The notes: generated by a model not told the origin, from the sequence alone. Numbered from the stretch's first letter, positions 11,126-22,728 are shown. The stretch is DNA of 64,000 nucleotides from Malacoraja senta (GCA_038087875.1 JAXLNO010000680.1:310001-374000), one strand, 5' to 3'. Made by a program: numbers and translations.

Positions 11126-12449
11126 CAGTTATTAAAGTGTCCGTGTCAAGCCGCAGGTGACTGTGAGTACAGAGTGACTGTTTAGCAGCCTCACAGCATA
11201 TGGCAGGAAGCTGTTTAGCAGTCTTGTAGTCCGGGCTTTGATGCTGCGATATCTCTTGCCTGATGGCACTATTCTGTGTCCGCTGATCCGGAATGTTCTC
11301 TAAACTCAAATCCTCTCGCTATGAAGGCTGTTCCGGGAGCTCCGGTCTCCTCCCACATCCCAAAGAGGTCCGGGTTGGTGAGTTAAATGCCTGCTTTAAA
11401 TGCCCCCTTGATTGTGCAGATGAGTGGATAGAAAGGTTTAGAGGGATATGGGTCAATCGCAGCCAGGTGGGACTAGTGTAGATTGGGTATCTTGGTGGGC
11501 ATGGGCAAGTTGGGCCGAAGGGCCTGTTTGCTTGCAGTATGTCTCTCGGACTCTAAGACTGTTTGAGTGGGAAATCTTGGGGCGGATAGATGGAGACCTC
11601 TGAGCAAGAAACTGCGCCAACACTTCTCTGCCCCAAACCAGCGGATGTTGGCAGGGCCAGGAGAAGGTGCGAAGGAGGTTGACCAGAACAGTTACGGGAA
11701 TGACACAAAGATTGGGGTGCGACATGGTTATGGCGCCGCAGTGTAGAACCTCTCTATCCTGGAAACTTTTCAAAAGGGATGGCGGGTACATAGACGAACC
11801 AGCTGCCTGAGGTAGTAGTTTGGTTGAGTTTAGAGATACAGCATGGAAACAGGCCCATCGGCCCAGCGAGTCCGTGCCGACCAGCGATCCCCGTACATTA
11901 ACACTATCCTACACTACGTGCACGTTTGCCGGTTAATTGGTTTAGGTAAAATTGCTAATTGTCCCTTGTGTGTAGGATAGGGTTAATGATCAGGGATCGC
12001 TGGTCAGCGCGGACTCAGTAGGCCAAAGGGCCTGTTTCCACGCTGAATCTCTAAACTAAAACTAAATGTGGAAAGAACATGCTGAAACATTGATGAACGC
12101 AGATTGGGTGAAAGTGGTCAAAAGGGGTTTAGTTTAGTTTATTGTCACGTGTACCGAGGTACAGTGAAAAGCTTTTGTTGTGTTTATGAAACTGAGCAAA
12201 TGTGCGATGCGGAAATATTTGTAAAATAGTAGAGAAAGAAGTGATATATTTAGATGGTCTATGAATATTCCCTGTGAATCGGTGGGCTATGGGCATTCAG
12301 TCACTCAGTACTATATTCAATAGAGAGATGGACAGATTTGGGGATATTGGGAATGGGGGGGATGTGAGGTTTGCGTGGGAACGTGAGGCTGAGAAGAAAA
12401 CCCGGGCGTTATTATTCAAAAGCGAACCAGGCACAAGAGGCTTCTATTT

Positions 12450-13193
12450 GAATGGTGGCCGATTAGGAAAAGGGGAGATGCAACGAGACCTGGGTGTCAT
12501 GGTACACCAGTCATTGAAAGTAGGCATGCAGGTGCAGCAGGCAGTGAAGAAAGCGAATGGTATGTTAGCATTCATAGCAAAAGTATTTGAGTATAGGAGC
12601 AGGGAGTGTCTACTGCAGTTGTACAGGGTCTTGGTGAGACCACACCTGGAGTATTGCATACAGTTTTGGTCTCCAAATCTGAGGAAATACATTCCTGCCA
12701 TAGAGGGAGTACAGAGAAGGTTCACCAGACTGATTCCTGGGATGTCAGGACTTTCATATGAAGAAAGACTGGATAGACTTGGCTTGTACTCGCTAGAATT
12801 TAGAAGATTGAGGGGGGATCTTATAGAAACTTACAAAATTCTTAATGGGTTGGACAGGCTAGATGCAGGAAGATTGTTCCCGATGTTGGGGAAGTCCAGG
12901 ACAAGGGGTCACAGTTTAAGGATAATGGGGAAATCTTTTAGGACCGAGATGAGAAAAACATTTTTCACACATCTCTGGAATTCTCTGCCACAGAAGGTAG
13001 TTGAGGCCAGTTCATTGGCTATATTTAAGAGGGAGTTAGATGTGGCCCTTGAGGCTAAAGGGATCAGGGGGTATGGAGAGAAGGCAGGTACAGGATACTG
13101 AGTTGGATGATCTGCCATGATCATATTGAATGGCGGTGCAGGCTCGAAGGGCCGAATGGCCTACTCCTGCACCTATTTTCTATGTTTCTATGT
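12450..13193 (+). mobile_element. 5'-truncated CR1 LINE (duplicate of 9663-10407)
   Basis: Identical translation and flanks. Confidence 0.92.
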
Positions 13194-13263
13194 TTCTATT
13201 TCTAACGTGGAAAGTTTGTAAGGATTGAATAACAACACTTACTGTAATACTCTGAGAACGTAC

Positions 13264-14083
13264 CTACCTGTATTATGCCCTGAGATGGTTCTAACCATGA
13301 TGTTGGTTCTCTCGGTGGTGGGGCCCGGACGATCAATGTGAAGCTGCCCTCTTCCGTTCCAGTTGAATGGCCGATGGATAATTCATAAATCCCGCTGTCG
13401 CTGATCTGCAAATCTCTGAGCAGTAAGGGTGGATTCCCCGGAAAAAGCACAGCCCGATGTTTATAGGGATCGGGAGAAGCCGTGAAATGTTCACAATCGG
13501 CGGGACCGATTCAATTCAATTCAACTTTAATGTCATTGCACAAATACTGAATATGGGTACAACGAAATGCAGTTTTGCGTCAGTCCGTAGTAGTAGTGCA
13601 ATATAGAAATTTAAAAAAAAAGAGGATACAGAATAATCAAAAATACAGAATAATTAACAATGGGGACGGAGGGACCGGAGGAATCTATCGGCGGGACTCC
13701 GAGTTCAGCAATGTGACGGTATAATTGTAGAAGCTGTTCCTCATCCTACTGGTACGAGACCTGAGGCTCCTGTACCGCCTCCCTGATGGGAGGAGGGCAA
13801 ACAGTCCATGGTTGGGGTGGGAGGGGTCTTTGATGATCTTCCCAGCCCGTTTCAGACACCGTTTTCGGTGGAGGGCATCGATGGCAGGGAGCGGGGCACC
13901 GATGATGTGCTGCGCGGTTTTCACTGATAATCCGTAATAAGCAAGTTCGGTATTCGAATAAACGCAAAGAATCGTGGGATTTGTCAAAGGTCATTCGGGA
14001 AAATAAGCTAACGCAGCGCTGTATAAACTGTGCATAAATTGTTGACTATTCTGTCAGTGAATTATTCCTTAATGTGTTTGCTA
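13264..14083 (-). pseudogene. IgV exon copy 3, split by a Rex/Babar insertion (exon parts 14083-13921 and 13509-13264)
   Basis: Acceptor TTTCTTATTCCAG| at 14083 and donor G|GTACGT at 13264. The 3' part is open: GPADCEHFTASPDPYKHRAVLFPGNPPLLLRDLQISDSGIYELSIGHSTGTEEGSFTLIVRAPPPREPTSWLEPSQGIIQV. The 5' part has in-frame stops. Confidence 0.82.
13510..13920 (-). mobile_element. Rex/Babar-like LINE 3' fragment
   Basis: TAQHIIGAPLP...KIIKDPSHPNHGLFALLPSGRRYRSLRSRTSRMRNSFY is the typical C-terminus of this clade; (TTGAA)n tail. Confidence 0.85.
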
Positions 14084-14230
14084 CTGGAATAAGAAAATAT
14101 TGTGTTTGAAACATTTTCTTATCTTTATTCATAATTTATGTGTAAAAATAGATTTAATCTGAGGCAGGCAGTGACTGTATCAGTGTGATGTGGGCTGATG
14201 CGTTACCTAAAGGCAGTGTGAATATACCGT

Positions 14231-14445
14231 TGTAAACAAGAGACTCACACGACATGCAATCAAAGATCATCTTTAATCAATATGCAGACAAAAGCAGTAC
14301 AGTAGATTGTTAGTTGTCAGAGCATCCTGACTGCTACCAGAACTGAGCAGTGTAGGAAGTGGGTGTTAATATAAATGATACAGTAAGTTGGGGTTAGTGA
14401 TGCTAACTTATATATGATTGGTTGTCATGCATAAACCAATCTACA
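14231..14445. mobile_element. Solo LTR (Gypsy-type), 215 bp
   Basis: TG...CA termini with a 5-bp TSD ACCGT/ATCGT. Absent at the paralogous site ~5335-5340. Resembles the LTRs at 42585 and 45413. Confidence 0.85.
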
Positions 14446-14455
14446 ATCGTTAAGG

Positions 14456-14540
14456 CAGGGGTCAGCAACCTATGGCCCACGGGCCGCATCCGGCCCATAA
14501 CTGGAAATCATCCGGCCCGCAGGCGTATTTTTTTAGTGAC
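14456..14540. mobile_element. hAT-type MITE end fragment (also ~5345-5415)
   Basis: CAGGGGTCAGCAACCT...GGCCC...GGGCCGCATCCGGCCC pattern typical of hAT/Charlie ends; no partner end seen. Confidence 0.5.
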
Positions 14541-15199
14541 TAGAATGTTGTTCTTGCCTTCAGTGGGACCTTGCCCAGAGTTGCCCCAGTGTTTGGGCAA
14601 GGCAGCTCTCCGGGACAGTTTTGACTGGGATGGCTTTACATTGTGAAGTTCACTGTGCCTGAGTTAGAATCAGAGTGAACACCCGCTCCTGTTGACACTG
14701 TGTCTCACTATGGAGTCTGTCACACGACGGATTCCACCGCCTGTTGGTCAATAATTGGATCGATCTCCTGAACCAGTGGCCGCGGATCTACCGGCGTGTG
14801 TGTGTTCTTTCTGAACTGAACTCACTGTGGAATGAATCCATTAACAGAGTCACTCTGCAGCCGGAGTCTAAGTTGTCCCTGCCTTCCCTCTGCAACCCTC
14901 CTTGTCCCCATCAGATGCCGAGTTCCTGGAGCCCTGGTTAAACGCGGCCGGTCACGGTTAAGTCTGTGAAACCGGCCCCATCAGAGACTGCAGGCAGGAT
15001 TAACGAAAGAAAGGACCATTCCACGTATTGTAGCGGGTGGCAGTTCGTGAGGAGTGTGAGAGAGTGGGGGAGTATCGGGCGAGATTTAATGTCCAGCGGC
15101 ATGTAAATGATGGATCCACAATGGATGACACTGCAACAGCAGTAGTGAGAGCGAGAGTCTGTCTCAACAGTTTGTTTATTTTCAGCTGAGTCATGGCTA

Positions 15200-15809
15200 T
15201 CTGACTCCCATGTCTATCTGGACTACACTCCTTCCCATTCTGCTTCCTGTAAGGACTCCATCCCCTACTCCCAATTCCTCCGTCTACGCTGCATCTGCAC
15301 CCAGGATGAGGTGTTCCACACCAGGGCATCGGAGATGTCCTCATTCTTTAGGGAACGGGGGTTCCCCTCTTCGACTATAGATGAGGCTCTCACCAGGGTC
15401 TCCTCCATATCCCGTAGCACCGCTCTCACTCCCCATCCCCCCACTCATAACAAGGACAGAGTCCCCCTTGTCCTCACCTTCCACCCCACCAGCCATCACA
15501 TACAACAGATAATCCTCCAACATTTTCACCACCTCCAAGGGGATCCCACCATTGGCCACATCTTCCCATCTCCTCCCCTTTCGGCTTTCCACAGAGACTG
15601 CTCCCTCCGTAACTCCCTGGTCAATTTGTCCCTTCCCACCCAAATCACCCCCTCCCCTGGTACTTTCCCTTGCAACCGCAGGAAATGCTACACTTGTCGC
15701 TTTACCTCTCCCCTTGACTCCATTCAAGGACCCAAGCAGTCTTTCCAGGTGAGGCAGAGGTTCACCTGCACCTCCTCCAACCTCATCTATTGCATCTGCT
15801 GCTCTAGGT
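15200..15809 (+). mobile_element. Penelope-like element fragment (RT-endonuclease linker up to start of GIY-YIG)
   Basis: ORF 15311-15952: SFFRERGFPSSTIDEAL...FPCNRRKCYTC...FTCTSSNLIYCICCSR, truncated just before YIG. Confidence 0.87.
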
Positions 15810-16111
15810 CAGGCATGATATTCACCTCCAGAAAAAAAGTAGGAAGTATTAGCTGGGGGTCCAGGAGACCGGCTAAGCCCCCAGCGGGATCCAAAGGCAG
15901 CACCCCGGAAGCGGTTCAGGTAGCTGTAGCTCCTGCAATTAAAAAAAATTGAAAGAAATTCCCAAGCTTTCAGCTGGTACTTTACATAACAGAAGCTTAG
16001 AATTTTTCTAACACATAACCAGGAAAATAACCCCCACAAGATTAATATTTCATGATATAAATGACTTCATTCAGCTAAAAAAATGTTACCAGAAATGTCT
16101 CTTTGTCTAGC

Positions 16112-17068
16112 ACATAGAAACATAGAAAATAGGTGCAGGAGGAGGCCATTCGGCCCTTCTAGCCAGCACCGCCATTCATTGTGATCATGGCTGATCGTCC
16201 CCAATCAATAACCCGTGCCTGCCTTCTCCCCATATCCCTTGATTCCACTAGCCCCGAGAGCTCCATCTAACTCTCTCTTATGGGGTTTGGCCTCCACTGC
16301 CCTCTGTGACAGGGAAATCCACAAATTCACAACTCTCTGGGTGAAAAGGTTTTTTCTCACCTCAGTCTTAAATGGCCTCCCCTTTATTCTAAGATTGTGG
16401 CCCCTGGTTCTGGACTCGCCCAACATTGGGAACATTTTTCCTGCATCTAGCTTGTCCATTCCTTTTATAATTTTATATGTTTCTATAAGATCCCCCCTCA
16501 TGCTTCTAAACTCCAGTGAATACAAGCCTAGTCTTTTCAATCTTTCCTCATATGACAGTCCCGCCATCCCAGGGATCAATCTCGTGAACCTACGCTGCAC
16601 TGCCTCAATCACAAGGATGTCCTTCCTCAAATTAGGAGACCAAAACTGTATGCAATACTCCAGATGTGGTTTTACCAGAGCCCTATACAACTGCAGAAGA
16701 ACCTCTCTACTCCTATACTGAAATCCTCTTGTTATGAAGGCCAACATTCCATTAGCTTTCTTCACTGCCTGCTGTACCTGCACGCCAATTTTCAGTGACC
16801 GGTGTACAAGGACACCCAGGTCTCGCTGTACCTCCCCCTTACCTAACCTAACCCCATTGAGATAATAATCTGCCCCCTTGATTTTGCCACCAAAGTGGAT
16901 AACCTCACATTTATCTATATTATACTGCATCTGCCACGCATCTGCCCATTCACTCAACCTGTCCAGGTCACCCTGCAACCTCCTAACATCCTCTTCACAG
17001 TTCACACTGCCACCCAGCTTTGTGTCATCCGCAAACTTGCTAGTGTTGCTCCTAATTCCCTCTTCCAA
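16112..17068 (-). mobile_element. 5'-truncated CR1 LINE
   Basis: 287-aa open frame containing KFADDTKL; (TTTCTATG)n tail at ~16112-16130. Confidence 0.93.
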
Positions 17069-17069
17069 A

Positions 17070-17330
17070 TCTATATTACTAAAACTAAGATCTTGACCGC
17101 ATTTTGACTTTCTGTTTCGAATGAACGGCGCCAGTTACGGCTGTCATTTTTGGCCACCCCGCCGGATTGGACTGGACGATTTTTCCCATCGATGAAAAAT
17201 CAGAGAGTTATTAATGTTTTAAAAAATGTCGCCATTCTCTCTGCTGCCCCCGCTGGCGGCAGGGGGGAGGGACTATAAAACCCGGAAGTGTCGTGCCTCA
17301 CTCAGTCTCTGATAGACGGAGGAAGCGAGA
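17070..17330 (+). mobile_element. Probable non-autonomous Helitron-like 5' segment
   Basis: Starts TCTATATTACTAAAACT..GATCTTG, similar to the minus-strand termini at ~55040 and ~55930; no 3' end seen. Confidence 0.35.
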
Positions 17331-18555
17331 GGGTCACAGCTGTGGAAGGCAGAAAGTGGTGGAGATGGGAAGATGTGACTAGTGGTGGGATCCCATTGAA
17401 GGTGGCAAAAATGTCGGTGCATTATGTTTTGTATGCGACGGCTGATGGGGTGACAGCTATGGATGAGGAGGAGCAAGGGCGGAGCTGAGGAGACATGTGT
17501 GAGGGCCTCATCTATGATGGAAGAGGGGAACCCCCATTCCCCAAAGAATGAGGACATTTTGGGTGCAGATGCGGCATAGACGGAGGAATTGGGAGTATGG
17601 GATAGTCTTTGCAGGAAGTAGGATGGGAAGAAGTGTAGTCGAGATAGTTGTGGGAGTCGGTGGGTTTGTAATAGAAGTCAGTTGATAGTCTATGTCCGGT
17701 GAGATCAAGAAAGCGGAGGGTGGTGTCGGAGATGGTCCAAGTGAATTTTTTTAAATTAAAAAAAAAAAAAAATTATTAGAAGTATTTTACATTACAGTAA
17801 TCTGCAATAACGTAAATTTATACAGTTCTTGTACCACTTCTTCTGTTTTTCAATTTTAATAGAAAGAAAGGATAGAAAGAGCTAGCAAAGACAGTCAGTG
17901 AGTGAGTGAGAAAGTGGTCCAGGAACACACATGTGAACCTAAACCACATGAAGTAGTTAAAGAAGAAAAGAAAAAAAGAGAAAAAAGAAAAAAAGATAGG
18001 ACAATATGAAAGGGATGTACCTACTTCTTATCTTTACTCACCCCTCGCCAGGTCCTAAAACCATTTATTATCATCATTTTGTTGCACCCTATGTTTGTAA
18101 TAGGTCGATATATGGAGACCAAATCTTGGTCTTGTTTACCTGCTAGGAGGAAGTCCAAGTGAATTTGAGTGCAGGACGGAAACTGGTGGTGAGTTGATGA
18201 CGTCCATGAGTTCTGCAAGGGTTCAGGAGGTAGCACCAATGCAGTCGTCAATGTAACAGAGATAATGTTTGGGGATAGGGTCTGTGGACGCCTGGAGTGG
18301 GGATTGTTCAACGTACCCTACAAAGAAGCTGGCATAGCTAGTGCCCATAGTTATGCCTTTGATTTGGAGGAAATGGGAGGAGTCGAAAGAGAAGTTGTTA
18401 AGGGTGAGGACGAGCTCTGCTAGGTGGAGGAGAGTGTTAGTAGAGGGAAGTTGCATGGTTCTGCAGTCGAGGAAAAAACTTTAAGACCTTAAGGTTTTAA
18501 GACCTTCCTGGTGGGGGATGGAGATGTAGAGTGACTGAACGTTCATAGTAAGGAT
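17330..18555 (-). mobile_element. Degenerate Penelope-like element (RT and linker), interrupted at 17749-18152
   Basis: LAELVLTLNNFSFDSSHFLQIKGITMG...YIDDCIG and IPYSQFLRLCRIC...GFPSSIIDEAL. Confidence 0.85.
17749..18152 (-). mobile_element. L1-clade LINE 3' end with 14-bp TSD
   Basis: GTCCAAGTGAATTT at 17735-17748 and 18153-18166. A-rich tail on the minus strand. Terminal codons KIWSPY. Confidence 0.7.
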
Positions 18556-19021
18556 GGACTTTCTTTGACTTTACTGGCTTTACATTCCACCAAACGTGCT
18601 TATGTATCTGTACACTGTGAATGGCTCCACTGTGAAGTTTGCATTGTGTTTACGCTGGCTGGTTAGCACGCAATAAAAGTTTTCCACTGTACCTCGGTAC
18701 ACGTGACAATAAACTAAACAGAAGTATCTTTCAAAGAGCCAGCACCTGACAAATGGGCCGATTGCCCCTCTGGGCTCCTTCATTCCAAGCAGAACCATAA
18801 TTCACTGAATGAAAACTCAGATTAATTTCCAGGCAGAACTAGTATGTATGTATTTAATAAGTGGCTCCCTGAGTGTGTGTTTCGATTATAATCATGTATT
18901 GCCTTTCTGCTGACTGGTTGGCAAGCAACAAAAGCTTTTCATTGTACGTAGGTACACGTGACATTAAACGAAACATTAATTACCTCCCATGAATGAAGCA
19001 CGGATATCCATGTTACTCCAG

Positions 19022-19285
19022 GGGGGGCATGGTGGAGCAGCGGTAGAGTTGCTGTCTTATAGCGCTTGCAGTGCCAGAGACCCGGGTTTGATCCTGACTA
19101 TGTTTGTGTCTGTATGGATATTGTACCTTCTCTCCATGGGTTTTCTCTGAGATTCATCGGTTTTCGCCCACACTCCAAAGACGGATGGGTTTGTGGGTTA
19201 ATAGGCTTGGTATGAGTGTAAATTCTCCCTAGTGTATGTGGGATGGCGTTAATGTGCAAGGATCGCAGGTCGGTGTATATGACCA
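19022..19285 (+). mobile_element. tRNA-derived SINE
   Basis: Pol III A box TGGAGCAGCGG and B box GGTTTGATCC, followed by the conserved SINE body. Confidence 0.8.
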
Positions 19286-19759
19286 ACTGTAGAAGTGAAA
19301 CCTGGATAAATCCAACATTTAGTTGTGAATGTTGCTCAATAAATAACTACAGTACTGATACTCCATATTAAGAGCATTGATTTGCTGTTAAAATGAATTC
19401 CGTAATAACGTGTCAATGGTCGCTGTGACAATCGAACACTGCGGTTTTAATGTTTCACGTGTTCACAATTTAACAATCCATCTTTATGGATTAAATCAAA
19501 TAATAACATTGGGAATTAAAACACATTTGATTGCATTCCGTTATCAAACATAGTCAATGTTGGCTCTGAAGACATTTCCAACGCAGTAAGGTCGGGGGGG
19601 GGGGGGGGGGGGAGGTGGGTGAATCAGAGCAGGACGGATAGATGGCGGGGGTTTGAGAAGGCAATCGGTGCGGAATGGATGGATTGAGGCAGGGGAATTA
19701 GTGCGTGTCAGTTGGAGTAGATAAAACTGAGGGGAGAGCGCGGGGGATTTCAGTGGCGA

Positions 19760-20393
19760 TCAGTACGAGATGGATGGGGGGGGGGAAATCAGTACAGGAT
19801 GGATGGTGGGATCAGTGCAGGATGAATGGATACCAGTACTGGATGAATGGGAGAGTAAAGGATGAATGGGGGACAGTACAGGATGAAATGGGGGGACAGT
19901 ACAGGATGAAATGGGGGGACAGTACAGGATGAATGGGCGAGTACAGGATGAATGGGGGACAGTACAGGATGAATGGGGGGACAGTACAGGATGGATGGGG
20001 GGATCAGAACAGGATGAATGGGGGGACAGTACAGGATGGATGGGGGGACAGTACAGGATGGATGGGGGGACAATACAGGATGAATGGGGGGGATCACAAC
20101 AGGATGGATGAGGGGACAGTACATGATGAATGGGGGGACAGTACAGGGTGGATGGGGGGACAGTACAGGATGAATGGGGGGATCAGAACAGCATGGATGG
20201 GGGGGTTCATTGCAGGATGGAAGGAAGGATCAGTACAGGATGGGGGGACGGTACAGGATGAATGGGGGACAGTACAGGATGAATGGGGACAGTAAAGGAT
20301 GAATTGGGGGGTTAGAACGGGATGGATGAGGAGAGTACAGGATGGGGGATCAGTGTGGAAGGGAGCATCAGTACAGGATGAATGGGGGAGATA
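19760..20393. repeat. ~20-22-bp G-rich minisatellite (CAGTACAGGATGAATGGGGGGA), resumes at 25130-25215
   Basis: Direct reading; the array is interrupted by the hAT element. Confidence 0.92.
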
Positions 20394-20509
20394 CAGGGCC
20401 GGATTTACGTATAAGCTAGACAAGCTTAAGCTTAGGGCCTTGAGATCTAGGGGGGCCTCAGCCCACTCCACCAAGGTGTATAAAACTTTTCTGAGCCTTG
20501 TCCTTTGAA

Positions 20510-21228
20510 CAGTCAGGAGTGTTCGAGTCGGTGCGCGGCTGCAGGTTTAACAATGTCAGAATCAGCTGCGACTGTGCCCGACCAGCCTGCTTCAGGGGTG
20601 AAGAGATAAGGGTCTGGGCGGGGTAAAGGGTGGGTGGGAAGGAGCAGCCACCCGCTACGATAGGCGGAATGGTCCTTTCTATAATTAACCCTGCTCACCA
20701 TCTCTGATGGGGCTGGTTTCCCGCCCACCGGGACCTCCCACGCTTTGCCCGCTGACCCTTGCCATTCCACCGCCCTCCAGCAGCCCGCAGCCATCGCCTT
20801 ACATGCAGCCTGGACTCAACACTGGGCCTGAAGTTTCCCTTCTGCAGACTCCGGCTCCCCTGAGTTTGACTGCGCTGGGTCCTAGTGCTAGTCCCCCTAC
20901 CCAGGTAACCTCAATGGCTGTTCCACTGGGTCTTCCCCATTCACCTCAAACCATGTGACCCCAGCTCTTCCCCACCCACACTACTGTCCTCATACCTCTC
21001 TACCCCCTGACCACCCACCAGCCCCCAACCAGACATCGTCTCAGCCTCAGTCCACTCACCTGCCTTCCTCCAGCCCCAACCCCCATCCCTGACGTGTGTT
21101 CACCATCCCCCCTGACCTCCCCCTCTCAGATACCGAACGGTCTGCCCGCAGCAGAGGCCTCACCTTTGTGTCCCTCCATCCCCACCTCAATGAGTTCCGC
21201 GCCTGCCGCGATTTGGAGCTCTTCTTCC
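20510..21228 (+). mobile_element. Penelope-like 5' fragment fused to the hAT transposase frame
   Basis: VFTIPPDLPLSDTERS..SRGLTFV.L.PHLNEFRA..DLELFFR resembles the Penelope ORF N-terminal region and runs directly into hAT GQSYDN. Confidence 0.65.
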
Positions 21229-22676
21229 GAGGGCAGTCTTATGACAATGCTGCCAACATGGCTGGTAGGTACAAGGGTATGCAGCAAAAAATCTTCGAAA
21301 AAAACAAATTTGCAAGATTTATTCCATGCGCTGCTCACTCATTAAATTTGGTGGGCCGTTCAGCTGTTGATTGCTGCCTTGATGCAGTGAACTGTTTTGG
21401 AATGATCAATGACATTTATACCTTCTTTTCATCCTCCACAAAGAGATGGGCAGTTCTAAAATCATTTTTGCAACCTCAGTCAAAAGTGCCTAAATATTTG
21501 TCACACACTAGGTGGGAGGCACATGCAAAAGCCACAGAAACTATTTTGGAAAGTTACAGCACTATCACTGATGTACTCTGTACTCATTTGTACTCTGATG
21601 TCAATGTGAAGGGTGATACCAGGCTTCAAGCTAACAATCTTTTGCAGATAATGGAAGAACTGGAATTTGTGTTTATGCTGCATTTTTGGACCTGTCTGCT
21701 AGGTCATTTCCACAAGGTCAACTAAGCCATTCAGAAATCCAAACTGTCATTGAGTACTTGTGCAAGTTTGTACAGTTCACTTCAGGATTTTGTATGCAAA
21801 ATTAGAGAAGATTTTGATGAGCTTGAGCAACAAGGAAAGGCCACCTTGCCAGATGTTAACTACAGAACTGTCACAGGGAGACAAAGAGTAAGGAAAGGGC
21901 AAGGAAATGATGGAAGTGCACCTGGTCCTGATGCTTTAGATAAACTCTCTTCCAGAGATAAGTTTAGGATAAAATCCTTTATTCCTATACTAGATGCACT
22001 TGAAACCAATTTAAAAAGAAGGGGTACTGTGTACAGTGAAGTTGCACAACAGTTTCCCTTTCTTGCTAATCTGACCGCATCTAAAAGCCCTGTCTCACGG
22101 TGCGAGTTGACCCACGAGGTACCCCGAGCGAGAGACTCGTGGTTGTGCACGAGATTCCAAGTGTATGATCAAGAGTTTAACCGAGTTCCCACGGGTATGA
22201 CTCAAGTTTGCCGTTAACTGTCATTTCTGCGATGTTCCAAGTTCGTCTCCCGAGTTAACAAGTTCCTTTCCCGAGTTACTCTTGAGCCAACCTTCAATGA
22301 AGGTCTGTTTTAATAAGCAACATCTCCATCCTGCGGCTTTGAGTTAAAGATAGAATTCAGCTCGGCCGCATCTATTGATGTAACCTACAAAGGGAAAATG
22401 CGGACCGTCCAATGCCAGAGCAGTTATACTGATGATTTGTTTGAAACACACATCACGTAGTTGGAAGACCAGCAGGCGGAGGTTTGCTATATTTTAATTG
22501 CATTTACTGCCAGGTCTACACACTGCGGGGAGACTGGAGATGAAATCTTTGAATGTGCACGGATGCGCACATCAGATTGTTGGGAGATGGAGCTCAGGGT
22601 TCGCATCCTGAGCTGCTTTGGTGCCCGGGCGTGAGTTGAGGTGGAGGGAGGTTGGGGGGGTTCAGGTTAAACTCAC

Positions 22677-22728
22677 CTATTTGACAGAGGCAGAGGATTA
22701 CGAGGATCCAGCGAGACTCGGACTGCAT
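22677..22728 (-). CDS. Signal-peptide (leader) exon, 52 nt, phase-1 donor
   Basis: ATG at 22728, MQSESRWILVILCLCQI+G, then consensus donor AG|GTGAGT. Preceded by GC-rich 5'UTR-like sequence. Functionality unknown. Confidence 0.65.

Larger units (their letters stand above)
8331..13906. repeat. Near-perfect tandem duplication, two ~2.79-kb units (8331-11121, 11122-13906)
   Basis: Identical ORF translations at 9487 and 12274 (offset 2787). The junction has 4-bp GTGC microhomology at 11122-11125. Confidence 0.93.

Noticed and set aside
14820..14915. Native leader exon of the IgV gene (donor CACA|GTGAGT, minus strand)
   Set aside because: No convincing in-frame ATG with a hydrophobic core; kept only as an untested alternative.
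19022..19100. tRNA gene
   Set aside because: The A and B boxes continue into a SINE body and no cloverleaf is evident; the same holds at 31250 and 52300-52373.
19705..20508. ORFs with YRMNGG/QDEWG repeats
   Set aside because: Translation of a G-rich minisatellite.
22290..22384. Rearranging Ig/TCR V segment after the leader exon
   Set aside because: The frame closes quickly, no conserved Cys/Trp or recombination signal sequence is visible, and the segment is cut by the transposon arm.
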